Notes: generated by a model from the sequence alone, not told the origin. DNA of 64,000 nucleotides from Candidatus Gastranaerophilales bacterium (GCA_944326465.1 CALVEB010000004.1:21717-85716), one strand, 5' to 3'. Positions 47,444 through 56,371 are shown, numbered from the stretch's first letter. Numbers and translations are program-made.

Positions 47444-48817
47444 ATGGCAAAAGTAAGATCTAAATGGATATGCACAGAATGCGGGTATGAATCAGCCGGT
47501 TATCTTGGCAAATGTCCTGAGTGCGGCTCCTGGGGAAGTTTTCAGGAAGAAATTCAATATGCTCAAAAGCCTGTTATTAACAATTCACCCGCTAATGAAT
47601 TTGTTAATACTGAAAAACCCGCTCTATTAAAAGATATTCATATTGGTGAAGAAGTCCGTGTAAGTACTAATATATCAGAATTTGACAGGATTTTAGGCGG
47701 CGGACTTGTGCAGGGCTCTCTTGTTCTTATTGCCGGTGATCCGGGGATTGGAAAATCAACAATACTTTTACAAACCAGCGGAGAACTGTGCAAAAGTAAC
47801 AAAAAAGTTTTATATGTATCTGCTGAAGAAAGTGCCAGCCAGCTTAAATTACGTGCTCAAAGGCTTAACATAGACTCTGATAACCTGTTCGTTTATCCGC
47901 AGACAAGTATGGAAAATATTAAAACAGAGATTGAGGATATTTTACCTGATGTGGTGGTTATTGACAGTATTCAGGCAATTTATTCCCAAGGCGTGGCAAG
48001 TTCTGCGGGCAGCGTTACTCAAATTCGGGAATGCTGTAATCTTTTGATGCATATTGCAAAAACGAAAAATATTACTGTTGTTGTTATAGGCCACGTTACA
48101 AAAGACGGGAACATTGCCGGTCCAAAAGTGCTTGAACACATGGTTGACACAGTAATTTATTTTGAAGGTGACAAATATAAATCCTACAGAATGCTGCGTG
48201 CTATGAAAAACCGTTTTGGAAACACATCAGAAGTAGGCATTTTTGAAATGCATTCCGACGGACTTAGAGAAGTTAAAAATCCTAATGAACTATTTCTAAA
48301 CGAGCGCTCACAGGTTGCAGTACCCGGCAGCGCAATAATTGTCACCAATGAGGGTACGCGGCCTTTACTTGTAGAAGTTCAGGCGCTTGTCGGCACAACG
48401 CCTTACCCGACGCCGCGTCGTGTCACAAACGGGGTCGATACTAGCAGATTACTTCAAATTCTTGCGGTACTTGAAAAAAGAGTAGGTTTAAATCTCTCTA
48501 AACAAGATGTTTATGTAAACGTTATGGGAGGTATTGACGTCGATGAACCGAGTGCGGATCTAGGAATCGCCCTTGCTGTTGCAACCTGCGCACGTGATGT
48601 TGTCGTTGACAGTCAAACTGTTATTATCGGAGAAATCGGTCTATCCGGCGAAATTCATCCGGTCAGTAATATAGAAAAAAGATTGAATGAGGCTGCTGCC
48701 TCAGGCTTTAAAAAAGCTATAATACCTTATGCTAATACAACTGATTTTGATAAAATTCAAATTGTACGCGTAAAACGTCTGATTGATGCAATTACAGCCT
48801 GCGTTACGCCGGTATAA
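47444..48817 (+). CDS. radA: DNA repair protein RadA/Sms
   Basis: Zn ribbon CTECGYES..CPECGSWG, Walker A GDPGIGKST, KNRFG motif, and a Lon-like C-terminal domain. Confidence 0.95.
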   Translation: MAKVRSKWICTECGYESAGYLGKCPECGSWGSFQEEIQYAQKPVINNSPANEFVNTEKPALLKDIHIGEEVRVSTNISEFDRILGGGLVQGSLVLIAGDPGIGKSTILLQTSGELCKSNKKVLYVSAEESASQLKLRAQRLNIDSDNLFVYPQTSMENIKTEIEDILPDVVVIDSIQAIYSQGVASSAGSVTQIRECCNLLMHIAKTKNITVVVIGHVTKDGNIAGPKVLEHMVDTVIYFEGDKYKSYRMLRAMKNRFGNTSEVGIFEMHSDGLREVKNPNELFLNERSQVAVPGSAIIVTNEGTRPLLVEVQALVGTTPYPTPRRVTNGVDTSRLLQILAVLEKRVGLNLSKQDVYVNVMGGIDVDEPSADLGIALAVATCARDVVVDSQTVIIGEIGLSGEIHPVSNIEKRLNEAAASGFKKAIIPYANTTDFDKIQIVRVKRLIDAITACVTPV

Positions 48818-48836
48818 AAGAATAAAAATCTATAGT

Positions 48837-48872
48837 AAAAACGAGATTGACTTAGCGGCCAATCTCGTTTTT
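48837..48872. terminator. Bidirectional rho-independent terminator between radA and rpsA
   Basis: An A-run, then AACGAGATTG-acttagcggc-CAATCTCGTT, then a T-run. Confidence 0.75.
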
Positions 48873-48893
48873 AAGTGATTTCTTATTATTTGG

Positions 48894-50012
48894 TTATTCT
48901 GCTGATTCTGCCTCAGGAGCCGGTTTTACTTCATCAACTTCTTGAGGTGCAGTCTCAGCTTTAATTTCGGGTTCGTTTACTGTTAATGCAATGCGCTTAT
49001 CGGTCGGATTAAATTTCAAGATATAAGTCATTACTTTATCACCGACTTTCAGGATACAAGACTGTTTGTTTTGAAGTTCTTCTACTTCGTTATGCGGAAG
49101 TAAAGCTTCTACACCAGGAAAAACTTCTACAAAAGCGCCAAAGTGCTTAATTCTTGTAATTGTACCTTCAACTTTGTCACCTTCTTTAATCTGTTTTTCA
49201 GCTTCCAGCCACGGATCAGGTTCAAGATTTTTCAAACTCAAAGAAACACGCTGCTTGTCGTGATCAACCGCAATAACCTCAACATCTATTTTATCTCCGA
49301 CTTTTAAAATATCTGTCGGGTGGTCAATCCAGCGCCAGCTTAACTGGGAGAGCGGTAACAAACCGTCAATACCGCCTAAATCAATAAATGCTCCGAAATC
49401 AGTGATTCTTACGACATCACCTTTTACAACCTGCCCCGGTTCTATTTGTGAAAAAACATTTTTTCTTGCTTCTACAGCACTGTCATCATATACTTTTTTA
49501 TTTGAAAGTATAAAGTTGTTTTGCTGTGGATCAAGAGTTAATATTTTTAATTCAATTTTGCTGCCGACTTCTAATTCTGTTTCCTTAGAACGCAGTTGAC
49601 TTGTCGGAACAAAACCTCTTACACCGGATACATCTATTAGCAAACCGCCCTTAACTATTCCGGCAATAGTTCCGAGAATTGTTTCTTCAGCATCTTTTGC
49701 TTTTTCAAGTTCTTTCCAAGCATAAGCCAGATCAACTTTTTTATGCGATAACAGGAATTTACCGTCTTCATCTTCTTCTCTGATAATCAAAAATTCGTAT
49801 TCTTGATCTTTTTTGAGCTTGTCTTCAATATTTTCACCTTTTTCTACAGCTTCACGTTCAGGCACTACAGCTATGGTTTTTGCTCCGATATCTACCATTG
49901 CTCCTGTGCTGTCATAGCCGCAGACAACCCCTTTTACTAAATCTCCTTTTTGGAATTTGTAATCATACTGTTTTAATAATTCTTCAAAATCTAATTCATT
50001 TGTTGATGCCAT
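48894..50012 (-). CDS. rpsA: 30S ribosomal protein S1 (four S1 domains)
   Basis: Repeated S1 OB-fold modules (GDLVKGVV..., GTIAGIVKGGLLIDV, GQVVKGDVVRITDFGAFIDL, GDKVEGTITRIKHFGAFVEV). Confidence 0.9.
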   Translation of the reverse strand: MASTNELDFEELLKQYDYKFQKGDLVKGVVCGYDSTGAMVDIGAKTIAVVPEREAVEKGENIEDKLKKDQEYEFLIIREEDEDGKFLLSHKKVDLAYAWKELEKAKDAEETILGTIAGIVKGGLLIDVSGVRGFVPTSQLRSKETELEVGSKIELKILTLDPQQNNFILSNKKVYDDSAVEARKNVFSQIEPGQVVKGDVVRITDFGAFIDLGGIDGLLPLSQLSWRWIDHPTDILKVGDKIDVEVIAVDHDKQRVSLSLKNLEPDPWLEAEKQIKEGDKVEGTITRIKHFGAFVEVFPGVEALLPHNEVEELQNKQSCILKVGDKVMTYILKFNPTDKRIALTVNEPEIKAETAPQEVDEVKPAPEAESAE

Positions 50013-50116
50013 ATTTTACTCCATTGCCGACTCTGTAACGACATACAATAATAATTTACATTACTATTGTAACATATATCGCAAAATTTGTAAAGTTTTT
50101 GCAAACTAACTTTACA

Positions 50117-50434
50117 TTACTTAATTACACCTTTTGCAGCATTGAAAAAATTAGTAAACATATCAAATCCAGGTTCTGTAATTTTGTTGAGTCTGTCAAG
50201 AATTTTTCCCAGTTCTTGTTTTATAAAGTCAGGGTTGCCGCTTGCTCCGCGTGCTTCAACCATTTTGCCGTCTTTCATAATAAAACAGTCCACTGAATTT
50301 TTATTCCATAAAACTTTTGCATTTGATTGGTCGTTAAGCGGTACATTCATTAATTTTTGTCCGCGTTTGGCCGCCATTTTTGCAAAATCCCAGCCAGCTT
50401 TTTGAATTCCTGTCATTTTATTCTTTCCTTTCAT
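50117..50434 (-). CDS. Hypothetical protein
   Basis: ORF only. The true start is possibly ATG 50416. Confidence 0.4.
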   Translation of the reverse strand: MKGKNKMTGIQKAGWDFAKMAAKRGQKLMNVPLNDQSNAKVLWNKNSVDCFIMKDGKMVEARGASGNPDFIKQELGKILDRLNKITEPGFDMFTNFFNAAKGVIK

Positions 50435-50454
50435 AATTAATTATCCGGTTATAC

Positions 50455-50495
50455 AAAAACAGAACATAGCTTTATTTGCGTCATGTTCTGTTTTT
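50455..50495 (-). terminator. Rho-independent terminator after valS
   Basis: AACAGAACAT...ATGTTCTGTT stem flanked by A and T runs. Confidence 0.7.
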
Positions 50496-50516
50496 AACTT
50501 TATATAACTTAATAAT

Positions 50517-53177
50517 TTAAGCTTTTAAAGATGAAATCAATTCAGAAATAGCTGCTTCCTGTATATTGATTTCAGAAATTCTTGCCTTTGTTTGTTCTAT
50601 CAACTCTTTCGGGGCATTAGCAACAAATTTCGGGTTGTTAATTCTGCCTTCAAGAGATTTCTTTTCAGCCGTAAGTTTATCGAGTTTCTTTTGCTGCCGT
50701 GCAGCTTCTGCATCTAAATCAATCAAATCCGCAAGCGGTACGATGATTTTGGATGCTGAAACAACAGCAGTTGCAGATTTCGGCGGAATTTCTGCAGCGT
50801 AATCCGCATAAGTTATTCCGTCAACTCTTGCAAGCCGCTGTACATAGGCTTCAATAGCTTCAAAAATGGCTTTTTCATCTTTATTAGCTCTTATTTCTAT
50901 ATTAACTTTCAATGAAGGTGAGATATTGAAACTCTGGCGGACATTTCTTAGAGATTTAATTGTTTCAAATACCAGATCCATTTCTTTTGCTTCCTGCGGA
51001 AATGCTAATTTTTCTTCATATTCCGGAAAATCAGCAACAATAATAGCTTTGAATTCTGATTTTTTAGGTATTAACTGCCATATATGCTCTGTAATATGCG
51101 GCATAATCGGATGCAGCATTCTCAAAGCCATATCCAGAACATATCTCAATACGCGTTGCGTATTAAGTTTCAGGCTGCTGTCTTGAAGCTGAATTTTTGC
51201 GATTTCAACATACCAGTCGCAATATGAATTCCAGAAGAAGTCATATAATTCGTGTGCAGTTTCTCCAATGCGGTATTCATTTAAATTATTGTTAATACTT
51301 TTTGCTGTATTATTTAATTTATCTAAAATCCACTTATCTGCAATAGTTAATTTTGAAAAATCAATGTCATTATTGTCAACGCCTTCAAGGTTCATCAATA
51401 CAAATCGTGAGGCATTCCAGATTTTATTTGCGAAGTTGCGGCCGTATTCAAATCTTTCATCGCTGATTTTGATATCCTGACCGCCGTAGGTGCAAAGGGA
51501 TGTCATCGTAAATCTTAAGGCATCACAGCCATATTTGTCGATAATTTTAACCGGATCAATTGTATTGCCTTTAGATTTAGACATTTTCTGACCTTTTTCA
51601 TCGCGGATAAGCCCGTGGATATAAACGGTTGAGAAAGGGGCTTTGCCTGTGAACTCAAGTCCCATTGTAATCATTCTTGCAACCCAGAAGAAAATAATAT
51701 CAAAACCTGTTACAAGAGTGCTGGTCGGATAGAATTTTTTGAAATCATCAGCATCAGTATTTGGCCAGCCCATAGTTGAGAACGGCCATAATCCTGATGA
51801 AAACCAGGTATCAAGAACATCTGTGTCCTGAACATAATTTTCAGGATCAGGATTTTCTTTGGCAACAACCATTTCACCGGTTACTTTGTGGTAGTAAGCC
51901 GGAATTTGGTGTCCCCACCACAATTGACGGGAAATACACCAGTCGCGGATATTTTCCATCCAGCCTAAATAGTTCTTTTCCCAGCGTTCCGGAACAAATT
52001 TAATCCGTCCGTCTTTAACTGCTGCAATAGCTTCTTTTGCAAGCGGTGCCATTTTTACAAACCATTGCTCTGACAAAAGCGGTTCAATAGTAGTGTTGCA
52101 GCGCTGGCATTTGCCGACATTGTGTTCGTGGTCGCGTGTTCTTAGTAAGAAATTGTTATAAGAAAGCATTCCGACTATTTTTTCTCTTGCTTCATAGCGG
52201 TCTAAGCCGTGGAATTCCTGAGGAACTTCGCCGCAAGCTTTCATTTTGCCTTCTGTATCAATTACCCAGATAGGGGTTAAGTTGTGGCGTTTGCCGACTT
52301 CGTAATCATTTGGATCGTGCGCCGGTGTTATTTTAACAGCACCGGTACCAAAGTTCTTATCAACGTATTCATCAGCGATAATAGGTATTTCGCGGCCTGA
52401 AAGCGGGATAATAACAGTTTTGCCAATCAATTCAGAGTATTTATGGTCACTCGGGTGTACTGCAATTGCAACATCACCGAACATTGTTTCCGGCCGTGTT
52501 GTTGCGACAATAATTGCTCCGTGTTCACCTTTTAGCGGGTATGAAATTTCCCACATGTGCCCCTGTTCTGTTTCGTAATCTGTTTCTACATCGGAAATTG
52601 CACTGTTGCATCGCGGACACCAGTTAACAATGTATGCGCCTTTGTATATTAATCCTTTTTCATATAGTCGTACAAAAACTTCTTTTACGGCTTCTGAACA
52701 TCCTTTGTCGAATGTAAATCTTTCTCTTGTGCGGTCAAAAGAAGCCCCTAAACGTTTACACTGGTCAAGAATTGCGGATTTATGTTCATTGGCCCATTTC
52801 CATGTTTCTTCTAGAAATTTTTCGCGGCCTAAATCATAGCGAGAAAGCCCTTGTTCCCGCAATTTCTTTTCAACAACATTTTGTGTTGCAATACCGGCAT
52901 GGTCAGTGCCCGGAACCCACAGGGTTTCATAGCCGGCCATACGGTGATACCGGATAAGTATGTCCTGTAATGTTTCGTCCAGAGCGTGTCCCATGTGAAG
53001 AACGCCTGTTACATTTGGCGGAGGAATGACTATAGAATAAGGCTTTTTCGGGCTTTTAGCGTCTGCTTTAAAGAATTCCCCGTCTTCCCAGAATTTATAT
53101 ATTTTGTCTTCAACTTCTTTTGCATCATAAACTGTAGGTAAATCTTCAATCTTAATGGATGTTTGAGTCATAATCAT
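50517..53177 (-). CDS. valS: Valyl-tRNA synthetase
   Basis: PPPNVTGVLHMGHAL (HIGH motif), KMSKSKGN (KMSKS motif), and a C-terminal coiled coil. The start may be ATG 53171. Confidence 0.97.
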   Translation of the reverse strand: MIMTQTSIKIEDLPTVYDAKEVEDKIYKFWEDGEFFKADAKSPKKPYSIVIPPPNVTGVLHMGHALDETLQDILIRYHRMAGYETLWVPGTDHAGIATQNVVEKKLREQGLSRYDLGREKFLEETWKWANEHKSAILDQCKRLGASFDRTRERFTFDKGCSEAVKEVFVRLYEKGLIYKGAYIVNWCPRCNSAISDVETDYETEQGHMWEISYPLKGEHGAIIVATTRPETMFGDVAIAVHPSDHKYSELIGKTVIIPLSGREIPIIADEYVDKNFGTGAVKITPAHDPNDYEVGKRHNLTPIWVIDTEGKMKACGEVPQEFHGLDRYEAREKIVGMLSYNNFLLRTRDHEHNVGKCQRCNTTIEPLLSEQWFVKMAPLAKEAIAAVKDGRIKFVPERWEKNYLGWMENIRDWCISRQLWWGHQIPAYYHKVTGEMVVAKENPDPENYVQDTDVLDTWFSSGLWPFSTMGWPNTDADDFKKFYPTSTLVTGFDIIFFWVARMITMGLEFTGKAPFSTVYIHGLIRDEKGQKMSKSKGNTIDPVKIIDKYGCDALRFTMTSLCTYGGQDIKISDERFEYGRNFANKIWNASRFVLMNLEGVDNNDIDFSKLTIADKWILDKLNNTAKSINNNLNEYRIGETAHELYDFFWNSYCDWYVEIAKIQLQDSSLKLNTQRVLRYVLDMALRMLHPIMPHITEHIWQLIPKKSEFKAIIVADFPEYEEKLAFPQEAKEMDLVFETIKSLRNVRQSFNISPSLKVNIEIRANKDEKAIFEAIEAYVQRLARVDGITYADYAAEIPPKSATAVVSASKIIVPLADLIDLDAEAARQQKKLDKLTAEKKSLEGRINNPKFVANAPKELIEQTKARISEINIQEAAISELISSLKA

Positions 53178-53289
53178 ATCCTTATAATTTTCTTATAATT
53201 CGTATAACTAAAAGATAACACAAAAACTTCAGACAGTGAAGTGTTAACTTTCTTTATTTTTTATTGACACATTATTTTTTTTGCCTTAG

Positions 53290-53437
53290 TCTGAGGTCAG
53301 AGGAAATGAAGTGGAGATCTTCAACTGTAGCCGCAGCCGTAAAAGTCGGAACACTCGAAGAAAAGCTTTGGTCACGTGCTTTTTGACCATAGACAAAATC
53401 TTTTTTTCAGTGTCCTCTAAGAATAGAGGATTTTTTT
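53290..53437 (+). promoter_or_regulatory. Candidate cis-regulatory RNA or sRNA ending in an SD-sequestering hairpin plus T-run
   Basis: TCCTCT (53413-53418) pairs with AGAGGA (53425-53430). That AGAGGA is the only SD-like sequence, 8 nt before ATG 53439, and it is followed by T7. A second AGAGGA at 53299-53304 could compete for the TCCTCT. Additional hairpin GGTCA...TGACC at 53370-53388. Confidence 0.35.
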
Positions 53438-53438
53438 A

Positions 53439-54137
53439 ATGTCATTTGCAGCAATACAAACGAATAGCGCAAGAGTTGGAACTTGCCCGCACGGATTACC
53501 GCTAGGAGCATGTCCGATTTGTAACGGTATGGGTGGCGGAGGCGGAATGAAGAAGGCTGATTTCTCCGCAAAACCGGGCGAAATGAGCTGGAATGAATGT
53601 GCCGCAATCGGAGCTTTCCTAAAGGCTCAACAAAATGCAAAACTCGCAAGAGAACAAGATGCCATTAATATTGCACAAAATATCAAAGCCTTTCAGCAGA
53701 CAATGACTAATGCGCATCAGCGTTTAACCTCACTTTCGCAGTTTTTTACGGCAAATACGCCTGCAATAATCGCAAAACCCGTTAATTTTGTTCTTAATAC
53801 AATTCTTGCAAATTCTATTAATATATTAAAGAACATGCCGGCTGCAATTACAACGACATTACAAAATATCTCGCAAAAACTCGCTGATATCTCCGATAAA
53901 CTAACTGCTGTATACGGTGAATTAAAAGCCGCTGTGCAGAAAAAAGTATCGGAAACGTTTAACGAACTCAAGAAAAAAGTTAAATCATTATTCGCTATAT
54001 TCAGCCCGCTGGATGCTGATAATGATGACAAGCAGATTGATGAAACTAAAAAAGCCTTTGAATTAAAGACTTTTATACATCATTTGTATAAAAAATTAAC
54101 AGGCGAGCAGAAGGAAGCAACACAAGAAAGTCGTTAA
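53439..54137 (+). CDS. Hypothetical protein with an N-terminal Cys knuckle and a Gly run, followed by helical/coiled regions
   Basis: CPHGLPLGACPICNGMGGGGG followed by low-complexity helical sequence. Its stop codon is the first TAA of an octamer TAA array. Confidence 0.55.
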   Translation: MSFAAIQTNSARVGTCPHGLPLGACPICNGMGGGGGMKKADFSAKPGEMSWNECAAIGAFLKAQQNAKLAREQDAINIAQNIKAFQQTMTNAHQRLTSLSQFFTANTPAIIAKPVNFVLNTILANSINILKNMPAAITTTLQNISQKLADISDKLTAVYGELKAAVQKKVSETFNELKKKVKSLFAIFSPLDADNDDKQIDETKKAFELKTFIHHLYKKLTGEQKEATQESR

Positions 54138-54162
54138 GACGATAAGACGTTAAGACGTTAAG
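54132..54162 (+). repeat. Octamer tandem repeat (TAAGACGx) with TAA every 8 nt
   Basis: TAA at 54135 (the gene's stop codon), 54143, 54151 and 54159. Confidence 0.8.
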
Positions 54163-54214
54163 TTCGTATCAATTAATAAAATTAACGAATTCAAATACAA
54201 AAAGGGATAAAAGG

Positions 54215-55720
54215 ATGAACATAACACCGTTTCATGATAATGAAACAGCAAGACAGCAAAGAAATTTAACAACAACGCAAAAACGCGCTAATTCTAATAC
54301 AAAAGAGGGTGTTCTTGTAAATAATTTTATAAAAGATGCAGATACCTGTGTTAATCTTGATAACACTGTTGATACACTGATTATATCAGATCGTGTCAAG
54401 CTGCCGCAAAAGCTTAATGAAGATAAAATAGTTAAAGATAAAACTCTTCTACCGATAAGCGGCGCGGCGTTAGGTGTAATGGGAGTATTTGCAGGAATCA
54501 CGGCGTTTATCAGTCATAACACAAAAATTGCCACCAATATGGCAAAGAATATGATTAAAGAAAAATGGCTGCCTACTCTGACGCGTAATATATCTATAAA
54601 CGATGAAACATCACAGGCGATATTCCAGATGGTTACAAACCCTAACCGTAAAACGATTATTGCGGGTGTTGGGGTGTTTTCGCTCACGGCGACTGCATTT
54701 ATGGGAAAAACTTTCTTTGACGGGTTCAAAGATATCTGGGTTAAAAAGCGCGAAGCGGATATTCAAAAAAACTTGCAAGAGCAGCTTATTGATGTAGAAA
54801 CCCAGTCCTTTTCAGGCAAAATCCAGATTATAAGAAACACCCTGTCTGACAAAGCAAAAGAGTTAAATAAATATATAGCGGAAGAAGATGAAGCAATCCT
54901 CCCGAATTTTGGTAAATCCACTCAAATTGCGTTTATGGGCGGTAAACAGCAATCGTATAATGAGAAAAAAGCAAGTCCGCTGGCGTTTTTTGCGCTTGGG
55001 GCGGCAACTGTTGCGGGAATTATAGGGCTTTCTTATCTGTCTTTAAAGAATTTAAGTAAAAGTAAAGGGCATTTAAGAGATTATATATCATATACTGAGG
55101 ACATCATCAGTAAAGTTGTCAAAAATTCAACAGAGCAAACAAGAAAGCAGGACAGTGAAAATCTTGCGTTTCTTTTCCAGTCAATAGACGCATCGCCTGA
55201 AACAATTAAGCGGCTTATGGAAGGTATCAAATGGGAAAAGCCGGAATTTGTGAATGATTTTATAAAAAATACTGTATCTAAAATTCAAACATCAGCGGTT
55301 AAGGTGAATTCGCACATTGGCGGTGACGGAACGCCAAAACCTGCGTTTTCATCGTTTGTTGATGATTACAGGGCGTTTTTATACAACTGGCTTTTAGATA
55401 CTGATAATGCGCAATTCCGTCAGCTATTCTTCGGAATGACCGGTGCAGCGGCTGTTTCTTATGGCGGTAAGCTTGTAGGAGATGCTATAAAAGAAGTTCA
55501 GGTCAAGAAAATCAATGCGCAAACCGAGCTTGATTTGCAAAAACGGCTTGTATCAACCGAGTTACGCAACTTTAAATCTAAAAAAGATGCGGCAATTCAG
55601 CCGCTTATGGAGGAATTCTATAAGCAGGTGCAGAACGGCAAGCCTAAAGAGCAGCTTAAAACAATGGCGGACAACATTCTGTTTGAAGTCAAAAACGGCC
55701 CGCCGTTTGTATATTCTTAG
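54215..55720 (+). CDS. Uncharacterised multi-pass membrane protein (501 aa)
   Basis: ORF with several hydrophobic segments (LLPISGAALGVMGVFAGITAFI; IIAGVGVFSLTATAFMG; LAFFALGAATVAGIIGLSYL; LFFGMTGAAAVSYGG). Confidence 0.6.
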   Translation: MNITPFHDNETARQQRNLTTTQKRANSNTKEGVLVNNFIKDADTCVNLDNTVDTLIISDRVKLPQKLNEDKIVKDKTLLPISGAALGVMGVFAGITAFISHNTKIATNMAKNMIKEKWLPTLTRNISINDETSQAIFQMVTNPNRKTIIAGVGVFSLTATAFMGKTFFDGFKDIWVKKREADIQKNLQEQLIDVETQSFSGKIQIIRNTLSDKAKELNKYIAEEDEAILPNFGKSTQIAFMGGKQQSYNEKKASPLAFFALGAATVAGIIGLSYLSLKNLSKSKGHLRDYISYTEDIISKVVKNSTEQTRKQDSENLAFLFQSIDASPETIKRLMEGIKWEKPEFVNDFIKNTVSKIQTSAVKVNSHIGGDGTPKPAFSSFVDDYRAFLYNWLLDTDNAQFRQLFFGMTGAAAVSYGGKLVGDAIKEVQVKKINAQTELDLQKRLVSTELRNFKSKKDAAIQPLMEEFYKQVQNGKPKEQLKTMADNILFEVKNGPPFVYS

Positions 55721-55752
55721 AAGGGAATAAGGGAATAAGGAAATAAGGGAAT
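55720..55752 (+). repeat. Octamer array (GGGAATAA-type); left arm of a 33-bp imperfect inverted repeat
   Basis: GAAGGGAATAAGGGAATAAGGAAATAAGGGAAT, with TAA at 55728, 55736 and 55744. It abuts ATG 55753. Confidence 0.8.
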
Positions 55753-56295
55753 ATGTGTATTCAAGCGATAAATACAACTTATAACAATCAAATCTGTCAA
55801 ATAAGAAATAGTTTCATAAATGAAACGAACTTATTCCCCTATTCACCTATTTCCTTATTCCCTTCTGATTCTTCTTCAGTCAAATATGTTACATCCACTA
55901 CATCAAACTACTGTTCCTTTAACCAGCCTAAAGTGGATTACTTTGTTAAACAAAAGGAACAGGCGCTGCCGTATTTGACAGATATTCTCCAACACTCCAA
56001 TAATGAGGCTCAAATAACAGAAACATTATATATAGTAGACAGAATGATTGAAAACGGCACTAAAGGCGTTGATAAGATGTATCCGACACTTTCCCGCTTT
56101 AATAATACTAATTCACCGTTTATACAGACATTTCTTGCCGGAATATACAGAAAAATACAGGTTCCGGACGCATTTGGCCCTCTGGTTGCCATGTTAATAC
56201 GCAATTCTCTTAACCCTCCGCAAACAAATTTCGATCCGAATGAAGAGGTCGGAGGTGCAATACTGGCCTACCTTTCAGACCGTTTTAGACATTGA
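55753..56295 (+). CDS. Hypothetical protein; the C-terminal half is weakly HEAT-like helical
   Basis: 180-aa ORF. Codons 27-38 are encoded by the reverse octamer array (NLFPYSPISLFP). The start is uncertain. Confidence 0.4.
   Translation: MCIQAINTTYNNQICQIRNSFINETNLFPYSPISLFPSDSSSVKYVTSTTSNYCSFNQPKVDYFVKQKEQALPYLTDILQHSNNEAQITETLYIVDRMIENGTKGVDKMYPTLSRFNNTNSPFIQTFLAGIYRKIQVPDAFGPLVAMLIRNSLNPPQTNFDPNEEVGGAILAYLSDRFRH
55830..55865 (+). repeat. Reverse-orientation octamer array; right arm of the inverted repeat
   Basis: CTTATTCCCCTATTCACCTATTTCCTTATTCCCTTC. Its reverse complement matches 28 of 33 positions of the left arm. Confidence 0.8.
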
Positions 56296-56343
56296 TAAAA
56301 AATATCAATTGTAACAATTTCGTAACATGATTAAAGACATGTT

Positions 56344-56371
56344 TAAAGTTTTCAAAAACATGTGCCGACAT
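56344..56371 (+). promoter_or_regulatory. Sigma-28 (FliA)-type promoter
   Basis: TAAAGTTT (56344-56351), 12-nt spacer, GCCGACAT (56364-56371). The enteric consensus is TAAAGTTT-N11-GCCGATAA and the Bacillus sigma-D consensus is TAAA-N15-GCCGATAT. It lies 43 nt upstream of ATG 56414. Confidence 0.65.

Noticed and set aside
53178-53438. A T-box leader for valS, or an SRP (4.5S) RNA
   Set aside because: The minus-strand reading lacks the T-box core (GGUGGNACCGCG-like) and a specifier/terminator arrangement. The plus-strand GAGGUCAGAGGAAAUGAAG only superficially resembles the SRP domain IV motif and cannot form the GNAR-capped helix.
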